Made by a program: the position numbers and the translations under genes
NCBI RefSeq assembly: GCF_964355755.1
Contig: NC_092670.1
Coordinates: forward strand, 36,630,388 to 36,694,387
Origin: Antedon mediterranea
Taxonomy: Eukaryota > Animalia > Echinodermata
Length of the DNA stretch: 64,000 nt
Direction of reading: 5' to 3'
The notes under the pieces: model-generated
What the model was told of the DNA's origin: nothing
The model's database searches: none
Seen by the model: only the letters and a program-made list of their open reading frames with translations
Part shown: piece after piece, positions 1-13,074 of the stretch
Numbering within the stretch: position 1 is the stretch's first letter
How the letters are laid out: each line of letters opens with the position of its first letter

Positions 1-335
1 AATTTTATTCGTTTTTTTAATTTAAATGTTGTTTTTTAGTTGTTGTGTTTTTTATCTGCCTTTCATCTTCGTCTCAAATGGTTACTTAATAAACACAGTC
101 GTATACATTCTGGAAATTCTTATTCCTTAATTGATCTGTATCACTGTATGGACGTGTCGTGCTGCAGATAATACCGCAGTTAAAAACAAGATTTTCTTTC
201 CTTCTTTCGTCGATTGCGCCTTATACAAAACATGATGTTTGTATCGAAACGGAAAACTGTACCGTAGATACAATCAATATGATACGGAAGTGATAATGAT
301 ATAATAGGAGGACACATTCGGATGTTTCTTGGTTA

Positions 336-690
336 AGCTTGGTTCCCACTAGAACGTAACGCAAGGACGTAAACGCAACGCAAGCGTTTTAACCAATGAC
401 AAGCGAAGTTATAGACAGTTAAGCGTGGTTCCCACTAGAAGGTAACGAAAGGACGTAAACGCAACGCAAGCGTTTTAACCAATGGAAAGCGAAGTTATAG
501 ACAGTTAGCAATCACAAGCGAATAAGCCATCGCTTGTGATTGGTCAATTCACTTGCGTTGCGTTACGTCCTTGTGTTGCGTCGCTAGTGGGAACCACGCT
601 TAAGCTTGGTTCCCACTAGAACGTAGACGTAGACGCAACGCAATCATGTTCACCAGACAGTTCTAATATCCATCGCTTGTGATTGGTCAA
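336..690. mobile_element. Stack of three PIF/Harbinger-like family-A MITEs (partial, full, partial)
   Basis: TIR AGC(T/G)TGGTTCCCACTAG with TTA/TAA junctions; internal aaccaatgacaagcg / cgcttgtgattggtca. Confidence 0.85.
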
Positions 691-3600
691 ATTATGACGG
701 TAACTGTACCACTAAGTATGTTTATGCATTATGCTACATTTCTATCAACACAGCTGTCCATTTTGTATACTGATTGTACTATGTTTATGTTGAGTTGATA
801 TGTATACCATAGGCTAATTAATTCTATAAAACAGATAGTGGTCTGCTAATTCAATTGAACCATCACAGACGGTGTAAAGAGCCAGTGTCAATATACATGG
901 TATGATCAAATTATTTTACACAACATTGATACCAACCATATCATAAGTATATAATTATATTTTATTATACATATAAAGTTACATCGGAATATGCTTTCCT
1001 ATGCTAACTGATAGCCTACTTAGAAAGAAAATATTACGTTAGGTCTATAAGTAATTGTAAACACTACAAATAATGCAGATTGCTTAAAGATTCTTGTCGA
1101 AAGAGTATGTAAACTGGAGTCCAGGTTCAAAGATGGCGATCCAGTTTAATATTGGTCAAAAAGATTTTGTTACATTTGGCGTGTCATACGTATAGCAATA
1201 TGACATAACTAGATACTTGGGGCAGTCTTCCACTAACATTGTCAGTCAGTGCTATAGTTAATGCTGGAAAAAATCATGCAGGGAAGACTTTGATATGCTG
1301 TTCTTTATCTTCTCGTTTGAAATATACTGTAGCAGTATATAGTACGGTACGTTCTATAAATAGTTTGAAATAAAAACGTTACGCCCTGTGCTCTTATTAT
1401 TATTATAGTATTGATAATAACACTCATAAGGCAGACTTATTGTCGCATGAATCATATTATCAGTAAACCTTTGCGACAAAAAAAAATGTGATGTGCCCAT
1501 ATATGGTCACGATTACGTCATCTCTACCATATTTGGCACTTTTGTCATTTGATTACTCCGAGATAATGTGATGGTTGTTTGCCAGGATTCACTATAAGCT
1601 TTTAAAAATACATTACTTGTCGAATTAGGACGTTCACACGTGTCATGAATTACACGGGGAATGTACTTTCTACATTAAGGTGTGTTCACATTATCAAGCC
1701 CAAATCAGTTTGTTTATGGTGCGATGCGATTATATTATTACAACTTGATGACAAGACGGAATTGATGAAAACGTTGGGTTCCTCTGATCAATGTTAACAG
1801 CAAAAGTCAAATTCAAAGAATTGTAAATAAGGCCAGCAAAGTTATCGGTGTCGAAGTAAAAATTCTATAGATCATATGTTTAAAAAGTTAATAAACATAA
1901 AATTAATTCAAGTATATACAAGACTCAACCCATCCATTACACTCATATATTATTATTAGCAGATCAGGAAGGGCTAGATTGACACAGCAAACAATTTCCA
2001 CAAACCATTTCAGATTTTCAACACTGTACATGGCATGAATGTATTTAATCAAAACTTTAAAAGATAATAGTCATGTATTTAAACATTTATCACTTTTGTA
2101 TTATTTAATGATCTACTAGGGTACAATACATATCTCAAAATTGACAATAAAATACTCCATATGTTTCAATTTAAGCTATCTACAATGTCAACGATCAATT
2201 GAATACATAATCGATACAGATCATGTCGTCACAGAAGACATGCGTTATAATTGCGCTCATCATCGAGACGTTGCATTTACACACACGAGACTCGTGGGAA
2301 GGCTACGTATGGATTAAAAACATTCTGACATGATATGAATACATTACAGATTGAATACACGATTCCAATGGATTAATTTTGCATAATTTAATACAGATTT
2401 GTTTGAATTATACAATTCATATTAATTATTTAATTAAATCTATGGATAATATTATATTCTGAATGACTAACAGCAGCATAATATATTATATTACTGTACG
2501 GTATTGTATACAATGGCGTTCGCGTTTCTAAAATAGACAATATAGGCGCGCCTAAGCTAATACTGTACTATTCTTGGTTTTTATATCAGCCTGACTAAAG
2601 TAAAATGTGGTGTTCACTGTTGTCATTACTGATACTAGATGGTACGATCGCTTCGCTCGCGTACCATCTAGGTCGTGCCTACAGATGGTTCTCGAATACA
2701 TAGTAATTTCAGCGTAAAAAAAATGGCGATTTCAAATGTACGTACCGCATGACTATAAAACATTGTCGTTTACAGAAACAAATAAATAGACACAATGATT
2801 TATGTAGTCAACCAAAATTAGCACCATGGGAATTACTTCCAAAAGAAAAACTTGTCACAAAATGAGTCCAAATGTTTGATTTGGACTCATTTAAACAAAT
2901 CCAATTTGTGTTTGGTATCTAACATTAGTGTTGAGGGTTGGGGATGAGGATAGGTACAAAGAGGAACAATTTTTAAATATATTCTTTATATGAAATTATT
3001 CTTTATATTTCTTTATTATCCACTAAGTAACGAAAGTTTTTTTTTATAGGCCTATAAATAATATACCACTAAATAGAGTAACACATTTCCGATTTAATAA
3101 ATTTGTTAAAATTGTCACTGTCATAGTCGATTGAAATAGTAAAGTACATGTAACGATACACCACTACGACGTTTATATTTTTTGTAATTATTATTTAATA
3201 CAAACGTTGAGAAGCAACTATCAGTAATAAAGTATTATATTATTATGTGTTTATAATCTAAAAGTAGGGGCTACCCACACTTACAGTAATAAAGTTTATT
3301 AGTATATTTGTTTATATTATATCTAACAGTACCAACACACACAATAAGAAATTTGCGATTCAAATGGCGATCAAAAGTATTTACAGTATTGTATAGCATT
3401 ACAATACTATTTATGTTTATTCTCCAAGGGCCCATAAATTTACCTACTTGTGTTAAGCCATGGAGGTATGCAAGCATGGTTAAACCAAATAATTTAGAAT
3501 GTTCCATTCATTGCAAATCAATATATTTGTATAAACGTATATCAAAATAGTTTTTTTTTTAAAAGAAAATCGGCCTGTTTTCAACATTATGATACTGTAC

Positions 3601-5892
3601 TCGAGCTGTTCAACCGGTTTTCAGCCACTAAAAACAATTATCGTAGGAGGAGATAGGAAAATGCAAATCATCCTCGTATTATTGTATGTGGGTATTTTTC
3701 AAGATGGACATTAGACAGTGTATACCAAGATCGGAAAACACCCCTATTTGGGGCAAATCGTTGAACCTAAATTTGTCAATAACTAATTATCGAACTCAAT
3801 TTAATTAGTAAACAGGGTTACATCAGGTGGTTAAAATCAGTATCGAAAGTACGAACCAACTTTATATTATACCATCGAGTAAACATTATAGAAATAACGC
3901 GCGATTTACCGAATTTTGCCCTTCGTAAATTTATATATAGATTACCATAACTTAGTGTATCGATTGAAACACAATTCACAGTACACACGCGTTTTCAAAG
4001 CAAAAACAAATTACATTGTGTTGCACACAAGGCCTAACACACGTATTACGCGGGAAAGACATATGTAAAGAACGAATGCTTCAGTAGGCCAACATTCCGC
4101 AGCGTCATAACTCGAATACTTTTATGTCTTATTAATTTACACAGCATGTCATTCGGTAGTGATCAGTATGGATTAATATTGGTTTCATAATTTATCTTAC
4201 GCCATTCTGTTTCACGGTTTGTTGTTTCACCTTAGGAGTTAGAACGGACTTTAGGTTAGATAAACGTGCGTGATGATAGGTGCTACGTTATTATGGAGTC
4301 GTCAAAAATGTCAAAATGTCAGTTAGTTATGTATATCATATTAGATGTTGTGTTAAAAGTAACAGCAGTGTGTTAACATGTTGAGATTAGTATTTTTCGA
4401 GTTCATTAATCAATTCGGGACTATATGACTGAAATAAACCTGTTTTGACCAATCACAAGCGAAGGATTCTTTATTAAATATACTGTATTGTTTGCAGTGT
4501 TGTTTAACTGAATTTTTAAGTAAGTTTCATTTGATTTCTTTTCCGGTTTAAAATTCCTTTTTAAGTACTTTAACTTGTATAGTTAATGGATGAATTGTAC
4601 AGTAAATTAACGAATACATCCTAAACCAGTGACGTAAAGGAAATGAGTGCTCACTGACAAAACCTACATTCAGCAATCCCTCTTAGGCTAAAGGAAACAT
4701 TTACTCTTAAAGTTAAGAAAGTCTCCTATCTAAGTGAATACAATTTAAGGGAAATACTTCATATAGGGAAATATCTCACTTAAGTGTGATAGGTCAATAC
4801 GGTCATTGGAGCTTAAGGGGGCCCATGAGCAGTGCCCATACAACAACGCCTGAGGCCTCCAGCATCAAAAGGCCACTTAGGGTACCTAAACCAGGGGCAT
4901 CAGGCCTCTGCGTTACGCCACTGAACAAAACTAACATATAGATGTTGATAAATTGGGTCTTGACGTGTGTTGGTTGAGGCATAACATAATCTACAAGCTG
5001 TCTTCAGCAGCCTACCACGAACGCAGTACTGTCCAAACAATTAATCAAACTCAACGAAGTTGGTGGTTAATTGAAGTAAAAGATTTAAATCAGGGTAAAA
5101 TACGTTGTCTAAGTTGTATTTAGTTTAGTGTATTGTTATTAAGTCGTATATTAAAGATAGTATTGTCCCTCGAAATCATTAAAAAAAGATTTCTTTTTTT
5201 TTATCTTATTTCTACAATCTGCATTATTAATCAGACTCCATAGGGTAAAAACGAACAAAAAGAATGTTTATACAGAAACAAAATAAACAGAATTAAATTT
5301 AAAAAATCCATTGTCTAACAGACAATTTGACTACTTTTGCTTTTAATTTTTTCAGGTAAATAATTTTTTTGGGACCAAATTTTAATAATAATTATTATGT
5401 GACATTCAAATTACATATAAAAACAAATTGAAAAAAATATTTTTGTTCAGGGGGGACAATATATCTTTAACTAAATGTAAGTCCTATTTTAGGCCTATCA
5501 CCACCTTTCTTTTCACATACAGTACATCTGGACGTATACATTCTTTCTATTCTCTTCTATTTAAAATGATTTTGTTCATTCATTAAAAAAATTATATTTA
5601 ACATTTAACATAAATTCTGTTATTGCTACGATTGGTTTTCTATCAAACACATGTTTTAATAAAACCATTTTTACGACGACACATTTACCGTATTTGTTGT
5701 TCTTTTTCAAAAAATTGTTTACCGTAATTAAACTCATGTCTGATCGTCAACACATGTTATTTTTAAATCTCTAGCAAACATCGTAAAGCAAACTCACGTT
5801 TTACATTTTAAATGAATATTATGTTTATGATTACATTACGTTTATATTAAAATTATCTACACACTCATATTAAAATTGATAAAGTTCTCTTG

Positions 5893-6043
5893 AGCTCTGT
5901 CTACTACACTATCAAACCTTATGTGACAACAAAGTATGGTGATATGCTTAAATGGTAGTGATGGTAGTGATATGACATCATCATTTCCGTATAGGGGCAC
6001 ATCATATTTTTGTCACACAACGTTTGATAGTGTAGACAGAGCT
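5893..6043. mobile_element. Family-B Harbinger-like MITE. Other copies: 56214-58443 (split by the LINE), 63563-63708; partials near 1460-1540, 41275-41400, 47757-47850, 48411-48530, 63988-64000
   Basis: TIR AGCTCTGTCTACACTATCAAAC; core atatggtagtgatatgacatcatc. Confidence 0.85.
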
Positions 6044-6572
6044 TTAGACATTTTATATCTTAATGGAGATTGCAAATTAAGAATTGTGAATTAACAGATA
6101 GACCTGAACGAAACTAAAATAATATATGAGCAATGCGCGCGTGTCAATCTGTCGAGACTGCGGAAATCTTCGACATAAACGTACGGGGCGCCGTTCGGGA
6201 CAATGCTAATAAGCGATAAAACTAATTGATAAGTGAAACATGTGGTCCTCCGTATGGTGACTGGTGATATTTTGCGCACTAAACTCGCATTAATTTGTGA
6301 TCTAGCCCATAGAGAAAGAAGATTTGTATCTTCAAACATTGAAAAAAAAACAACGTTTAGTTGCGATAAACAAGATACCACCCATTTATTTTAGGATCTT
6401 GATTATGTTCTGTTATAGGTTATATATTCGTTTGACATTCAATCAATTGGTACACCTCTTGCGCCTCACTCTACTTTAGGTTGCCTCTTGTGACAATTTT
6501 CGCAATTTCCCACTTTGACGCAACGCGACAACGCTAGGCACAACGTGAGTTGACCAAGCACACAAGCGGCGA

Positions 6573-6942
6573 GCATAATTTTTTTTTTCCAGGACGAACG
6601 TGGGCAGAATTCATGAATAATTCATGAATAATTATGACATAATAGGGAAAATTATAGAGGGCGCTATATAAGTATGCAGAGATATTAAATAATTAGTGTA
6701 AACAGCGTTTGCCAACCGAAATGTTTGGTCTAGTGGTAAAAGCCTATTACGCTGGAGCCCTCGGTTCGAGGTCTTTCATGAACATGTTTTTTTTAATAGT
6801 TGAGAGAGATTATTTAGAGGGTTAGGTTTAGTATATTTAGGAAGTAGATCAGCTATCTTGCAATTCTTTATATAGAAAATAATTAAGGTAATGAATTATT
6901 CATGATTTCTGCCCACGTTCGTCCTGGAAAAAAAAAATACGC
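6573..6942. mobile_element. Mutator-like non-autonomous element with 9-bp TSD and internal tRNA-like A/B boxes
   Basis: ~50-bp TIR gc(a/g)ta-T-run-ccaggacgaacgtgggcagaa(t/a)tcatgaataattca. TSD aagcggcga / aagcggcaa at 6564-6572 and 6943-6951. Inserted into a family-A MITE (~6510-7035). Confidence 0.8.
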
Positions 6943-7830
6943 AAGCGGCAACAGTTCGCATGATCCGTTGCGTCGTGATTGGTCAAATTACTTGCGGTGA
7001 GCTTACGTCATTGCGTTGCCTTCAACTGAACCAAACATGCATTTGCGTTCTAAAGAATATTATTTTCAAAGTTATTGCAAAAAAACAAAACAAACAAAAA
7101 AATCGATTTAGATTTGAAACCCAACCAGCCCTGTGATATTGTGTTTTCTTGTCTTTTGTTTTTGATTGAATAATATTATATAATAATATTTTTATATTGT
7201 CTTTTTAAGTTAACTGGTCATCTTGTGATCATTGTAATTATTCTACACGGTGAAAACAATTTCACACATTTTTCATTTACGAGATATAACGATGCTTTTC
7301 AATTATAGCAACAGATTATGTTCAGTTCCAAATCCGTGCACTTATATGTACTATCGTTAATTAAATTAACATTTCCAACCGCGTTGATAGTAAAACCCAT
7401 ACTGTTTAAGATGTGTTGAATTCCGAAACGATGTACTTTGATTAATATAGATAGGCTATCAAAATACAAGCTTTGATTGAATATCTATTGATTAACACAT
7501 TTTATGGGTTTCTCGTTGTTACTATAATGTAGTGCAGTTTTACACGGTCAACCTGTCTTCTCGAATAAGTTCAAAATGATCCAGCGGTACACTTGCGGTG
7601 GACATCTCTGGTTTCACTTGTATGTAGTTGCCTAATGACAGAGATATTGTGTATTTAAATTACTTAATACAGTCAGATATGTATCTGGTGGACTGGCAAC
7701 AGTCTTAACTGAGAGACTCTCGTGACAGCCACAGGATCGGGTGGAAGTTTATAATTATAATAATTCTTAATTTATTGTATAATTTTTTCCATTCAATGTG
7801 TATTGCGTTTCCTTTTCATGTAATTGCCCT

Positions 7831-8175
7831 TTAAAGATGTATTTTTCCTTGAAAAAATCATTCTTACAAACATTTTTGTTGAATATGACATTTTAATGTA
7901 ACATGATAGTTATCCACTTTGACCAAAAATTAGATCCAAAAAAATTTATTTATCTAGAAAAACTGTAATTTAAGACAAAATGGCCAACTTGGCTGCCAGC
8001 CAATGGGGTTTTGGTTGAATTTAATCATTTATTTTGTCATTGTTTATTGTATCAGTAAAAACCTTATTTTTGATGGAAGTAATTAACTTTATTAAAACTA
8101 CAAAATAACATATTCAAAGTCTGATTTAATTATTCTTAATTTTTTCATGTTTTTGGGGGGACAATACATCTTTAA
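7831..8175. mobile_element. Kolobok-like MITE (TTAA-flanked, AG termini). Other copies: 5151-5470, 9588-10006, 58807-59098; partials 10700-11000, 50321-50645
   Basis: ttaaagatgtatt(g)tcccc ... gggggacaatacatctttaa; shared core ggctgccagccaat, ccactttgaccaaaaatt, attcaaagtctgatt. Confidence 0.8.
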
Positions 8176-9301
8176 ATAATTGTTTTGGCAACTGTTTTGG
8201 CCAAACGAACGATTTCTACTTGTATTTTGATATGGGTAGTAATACAGTACACGCTAGTGCTACATCGACTGAAAAGGATTGCCAATTAAAAGTACGAACG
8301 AGTTCATTTCAATAAAGAAAACACAGAAAGGATACTATAAAATTAGATAAATATAGTTTAAAATCGCACAACAATGTTGAGATTCCCATCCAGATAATTA
8401 TAGTGTTATTGCACTATTTAAAATCATTTAGATATGAAAACTTCATATGACAATATGAGTACAGTATCATTGGAAATTCCGTGATACAGCATATCATGTG
8501 TTTCACATGTGATGCCTGTATCATAAAAGAACAGGTCAAAGGTAACGTTTCGTCTATGATAGGTTTTTATCACGGCATTGAATTAAATCTCGGTAGAAGA
8601 ATCGGCAAAATAATACAAAAACAAGTTGGATCACCAAAAACATGAGCCAAATATTTAGGCCTACTTAACATATCTATACACACAGCAAAATATTTAAATT
8701 TTGTTCATGACAAAAACAACGTAATGAACGATACTTTTAAGGTATTCCTCAAATAAATGTCGAGTGCACTCAAAATCGTAATTCAAATTGCTTGAAATGG
8801 TAGTAGTTAGTATATAGTTTTGAGATTAACTTTGAAATTCATGAATTATTCAACAAATAAAGTTTTACCTAGGCTAATTACTATCTTCATACGTTTGTAT
8901 CCGGACAATATTTAAGCATGTTTTCTGAAGCAATCTGGCGATAGGCCTAAATGGAAATGTAGTGTAACATTCGTGTGTGCCGGGCCTATCTAAATATATC
9001 ATTTGGTACATTGAAACAGAACTGTTATCACCAGTATGTCGATCACCCATCCCCCTCCCACCCCAACACCAGCATCTTTTCGATTTTATCAGTACGGTAC
9101 AAAAGCAAGCATTAACGATACGGTTACTTCTTGCGCAATACCACGAGTTCAAAGTTCGATTCCTATGACATACGTACCAATGAAAATGACTGAACATTGT
9201 ATACGTAAGCATAATGCTGCTACTGTATAGTTCTATTACTACCAAGCAGCAGCTGATGTTACAGTTATCTACGGCACTATAGTCTAATTATTTCTGTGCA
9301 C

Positions 9302-9330
9302 ATGAAAATGGAAAGGATTTCACAAAATAT
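9302..9330 (+). CDS. Possible upstream first exon of the channel gene (MKMERISQN-)
   Basis: ATG at 9302 and a strong donor AT|gtaagt at 9331. Its phase 2 matches the acceptor at 18896 with an open frame into the signal peptide. No homology support. Confidence 0.3.
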
Positions 9331-10365
9331 GTAAGTAAACACAAACAGATGTTGGTGATTAGGTATATTTATTTACTGAATGTGCTTGTGTAATGTAATC
9401 TACTTTACTATTTACTGGAATGAGTCGAGTATAACTTTGGCTCGCAAAGACGGGCATTATCAAAAAGGTAATTGTACAGCTCTTATTAATTAGATTTATT
9501 TTAACTGTCTTTGAGATCCTAATACAAGTTGGCCGTAGTTTTACGACGTCGTATTATTGTCACTCGTTTCGTTTCTGATGTCTAAAGTTAAAGATGTATT
9601 CTCCACCAAAAAACATAAACAAGACCATGTACATTGCTGCAATCGCGTGCTCAAGTTAGTGTTCACCGACCAACCGACCGACTAACCGACCGACATAGTG
9701 AGCTTTAAAAATAAAGATTAATACAATCAGACTTTGAATAGGCCATTTTGCAGTTTTAATAAAGTTCTTCACTTCTGTAGAAAACAAAAATTCACTTATA
9801 TAAAGACAAACGAAACGGTTAATTTTAACCAAAAACCATTGTCTGACTGACATTTAGGTATTTTTTGCTTTAAATTACTTTTTTTCATGAAAATAATTTT
9901 GTTTTCGATCTAGTTCTTGGTCAAAGTGAATAACTATTATGTGACAAAATGGCATATTCAACAGAAACATTGAAAAATTTTTTTTAGGGTGACAAAATAT
10001 CTTTAAGGGACTACTGTGGCTGATGGATGACACCACTTATTAGAGATATAATATTTATTTATAGTACCATAATCACGCATAAAATCATAATCGTATATCA
10101 TTGCCAGGTGAAAATGATATGATTTATCACTTAACATTCCCAACATTTCGGATCATGCGCTAATGCAATGTGATTATCACAATGTACTTTTACTACTTTT
10201 TATCCTTTAAACAGAGATACAAGGTTATTATCATTTGAATAAACTTTATAGCAATGTGAATGAATTGGGAGTTTACGTAACACATTGGGTCAGTTGAGTT
10301 TATACATAAATGGAACAGTGGCAGAAACTAATGCTGCTCTGAAGCGCTGAAATAAATAAGCATGG

Positions 10366-10556
10366 TACTGTATGTCAAGTTAAAATACATACTACAAATC
10401 GCGTTTACTTTGCGGAGCAGCACTCTCTTCCCCGATTATAATAAACAATACATGTTTGAAATACTGTATGTCAAGTTAAAATACATATTACAAATCATTT
10501 ACTTTGCGGAGCAGCACTCTCTTCCCGATTATAATAAACAATACATGTTTGAAATT
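10366..10556. repeat. Tandem duplication of ~96 bp
   Basis: tactgtatgtcaagttaaaatacat...catgtttgaaat occurs twice. Confidence 0.9.
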
Positions 10557-13074
10557 AAATACATAGTTTTTTTTTCTATTTATTTAAATTTTCTTTATTT
10601 ATCACATCAACAAAAACGAACAATGTGCAATAAAGTTAATATTAATAACGAACAAACGTATCATTATAAATATACTTTTAAATATGTATTGCTTCCAGAA
10701 ACATGAAAATGAAGATTAATTAAATGAGACTTCAGATTGGTTATTTTTTAGTATAATAAAGTTAATCAATTAAGTCAATTTTTCACTTATTAAAATGACA
10801 AAATAAATGGTTACATTCAACCAAAATCCATTAGCTGCCAGCCAATTTAAATATTTTTTTATTTAAATTATTACAGTTTTTTCAGGCAAATATATACATT
10901 TTTTATCCAATTTTTGGTCAAAGTGGATAACTATTATGTGTTAAAATAGCATATTCAACAAAAAAATTGTTTAAAATTATTTTTCAGAGGGACAATATTA
11001 AAAAAGCAATGAAATAGATATTTTAAAAATAGAAATACTTTTAATACATTTTTTGTTTGTTATTGAGGCCACATATTTGCACCATTTGTAAAACAGTTTT
11101 CTTCTCGTCTTTATTTATATGTGTTTCAATACCCTTTACCCTAATATCATTCTATAAGTTTGATTGATTCATAATATGCCTTAAAGATTTGCTTTCATAA
11201 TTTAATCTCCTAGAATTTTATATTAATACATTTTAATTAATTAAATTATATACAAAGATGTAATGATCTGCATCGGGTAGTATTTGGATAAAATAATTAT
11301 AGAGAAACAATTGAACTTTATAAGGAATTTAATTCTTGTTTTACTGTATTGTAATACTGTAGCTTAATAGATATCAGTATCATATTGAATGTTATGTTTT
11401 TAATTTGATTCCCGTGTTTTTAATTTAACTGGTTTCTACAAAATTGAATTAAAAATAAATGAGTAAAGGACATGTCATGCCGCCCCCTATCGGTGAGATT
11501 TCTCCCCTATCGGTGAGATGGTGTCATTTTTACAAAATGGAAAACAAATGTTTATAAGTCTTACTTAAATTTGTCGGCAAAATCATTGTAATTAGAAAGA
11601 TTTTAGTCGAGTTATTACTTGATCTCGTGAGAATTAGCATATCTTTATTGTATTAGTTGAATGACCACGCGTCGATTCTCAAATTATGTCAACATGTGTT
11701 CAGTTGTATCATTTATATAGGCCACATAATATGTACGTACGGTGATACTAATTTGTTTAACAACAACAATTTGTAATAGTAGGTCTGTTTCTGAATGAAG
11801 AATCGAGTAATACTATTATAGCCCTACAGCTATGGATAAAGACTCATGACGGTCTACTTAATTTTAACTTTAAGCGGAATGAATAGCACTATGTTCTATG
11901 CTGCACGACAAGTCCGTACATTATCTGTTTTGTAGCCTGGAGAATAACCTGTCTTTTCCAGATCGTCGTTTTGAACTTTCAGTAAAAATCCAGTTAGATT
12001 TTAAGAAAACTGACGTGGAATTTATTTGACACCATTTCTACAGTACCGATCTTTGTGAATGCGCATGTTGAATTTATACCCAATTCGACAATTGTGTTCG
12101 ACGTTTGTTCACCATTTTCCATCTACTGTCTTTTACATAAATTAACTAACTTAATTAATTAACTTATGACTATATGCCAATATAACCAATTACGTTATGT
12201 TTTAAACAAATATCCAATTATGGTATGTTTTAAAAAGATATCTTTTAAAACCATATTATTGTACATACATGTTATAAACACATGTTTTTAACACGTTTTT
12301 GTTTAGATTAATCTTTGTATATCTTTGTCATGGAATGGATTAATGAATAAAAGTGGGCTAACACCCACGAAAGAGAAAAAAAAAATGACTAGCGTAACGT
12401 ACTTTTCAATATGCCAAAGGACATAGTATCATAATTTAATAACATATGATGTTACAGAAATTAAATCAACATTCAAAGTAACCGGTTTAATTTATCAATA
12501 TTCAATTATTCTCAAGAAGTAAGCTTTTTACCTTTAATTTAATAATTCATAGACATTTGTCAAAAAGTATATATTTAATGTAAAACAACGGTAACTTATA
12601 GTACACTTATATGAATATTCTTAGATCGAATACTCTACTCAATGCTTTTGTATACGGTAATTCCTTAAAGCACAAAATAAATTGTTATGACAACGTATGT
12701 ATTGACACGCACTCTTCTCAAAGTAAATCTCATGTATTAAAAGTAACGTAAAATAAGGTAAAGTGTATGTATATTATTATTCATCACGATTTTTGAAAGA
12801 TCATTTTACAATCAATTATTTATGTATGTCGCTTAATATTTTCGCTTTCACAGTACATAATTAGGTTTTACCAACGTGTGTGTATATACATAAACGACAA
12901 AATGCTGTTACTACGTGCTTTACTCACCTGAACGTTCTAGGAAAAGAACTATATCTTTGCTGGTACGTACGGGTGTAACAAGCACTCATGGGTCCATTAG
13001 ACTTAAGTACTTAGCCTAATTTAAGTCAATTTAGTTTAATTTTATAGCAACTTTGTCGCTAACTATAACTATAG

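Noticed and set aside
1060-1320. Minus-strand peptide ALTIALTDNVSGRLPQVSSYV, faintly like an M2-M3 loop
   Set aside because: Short, stop-bounded, with no M1/M3 context or neighbouring exons; likely chance.
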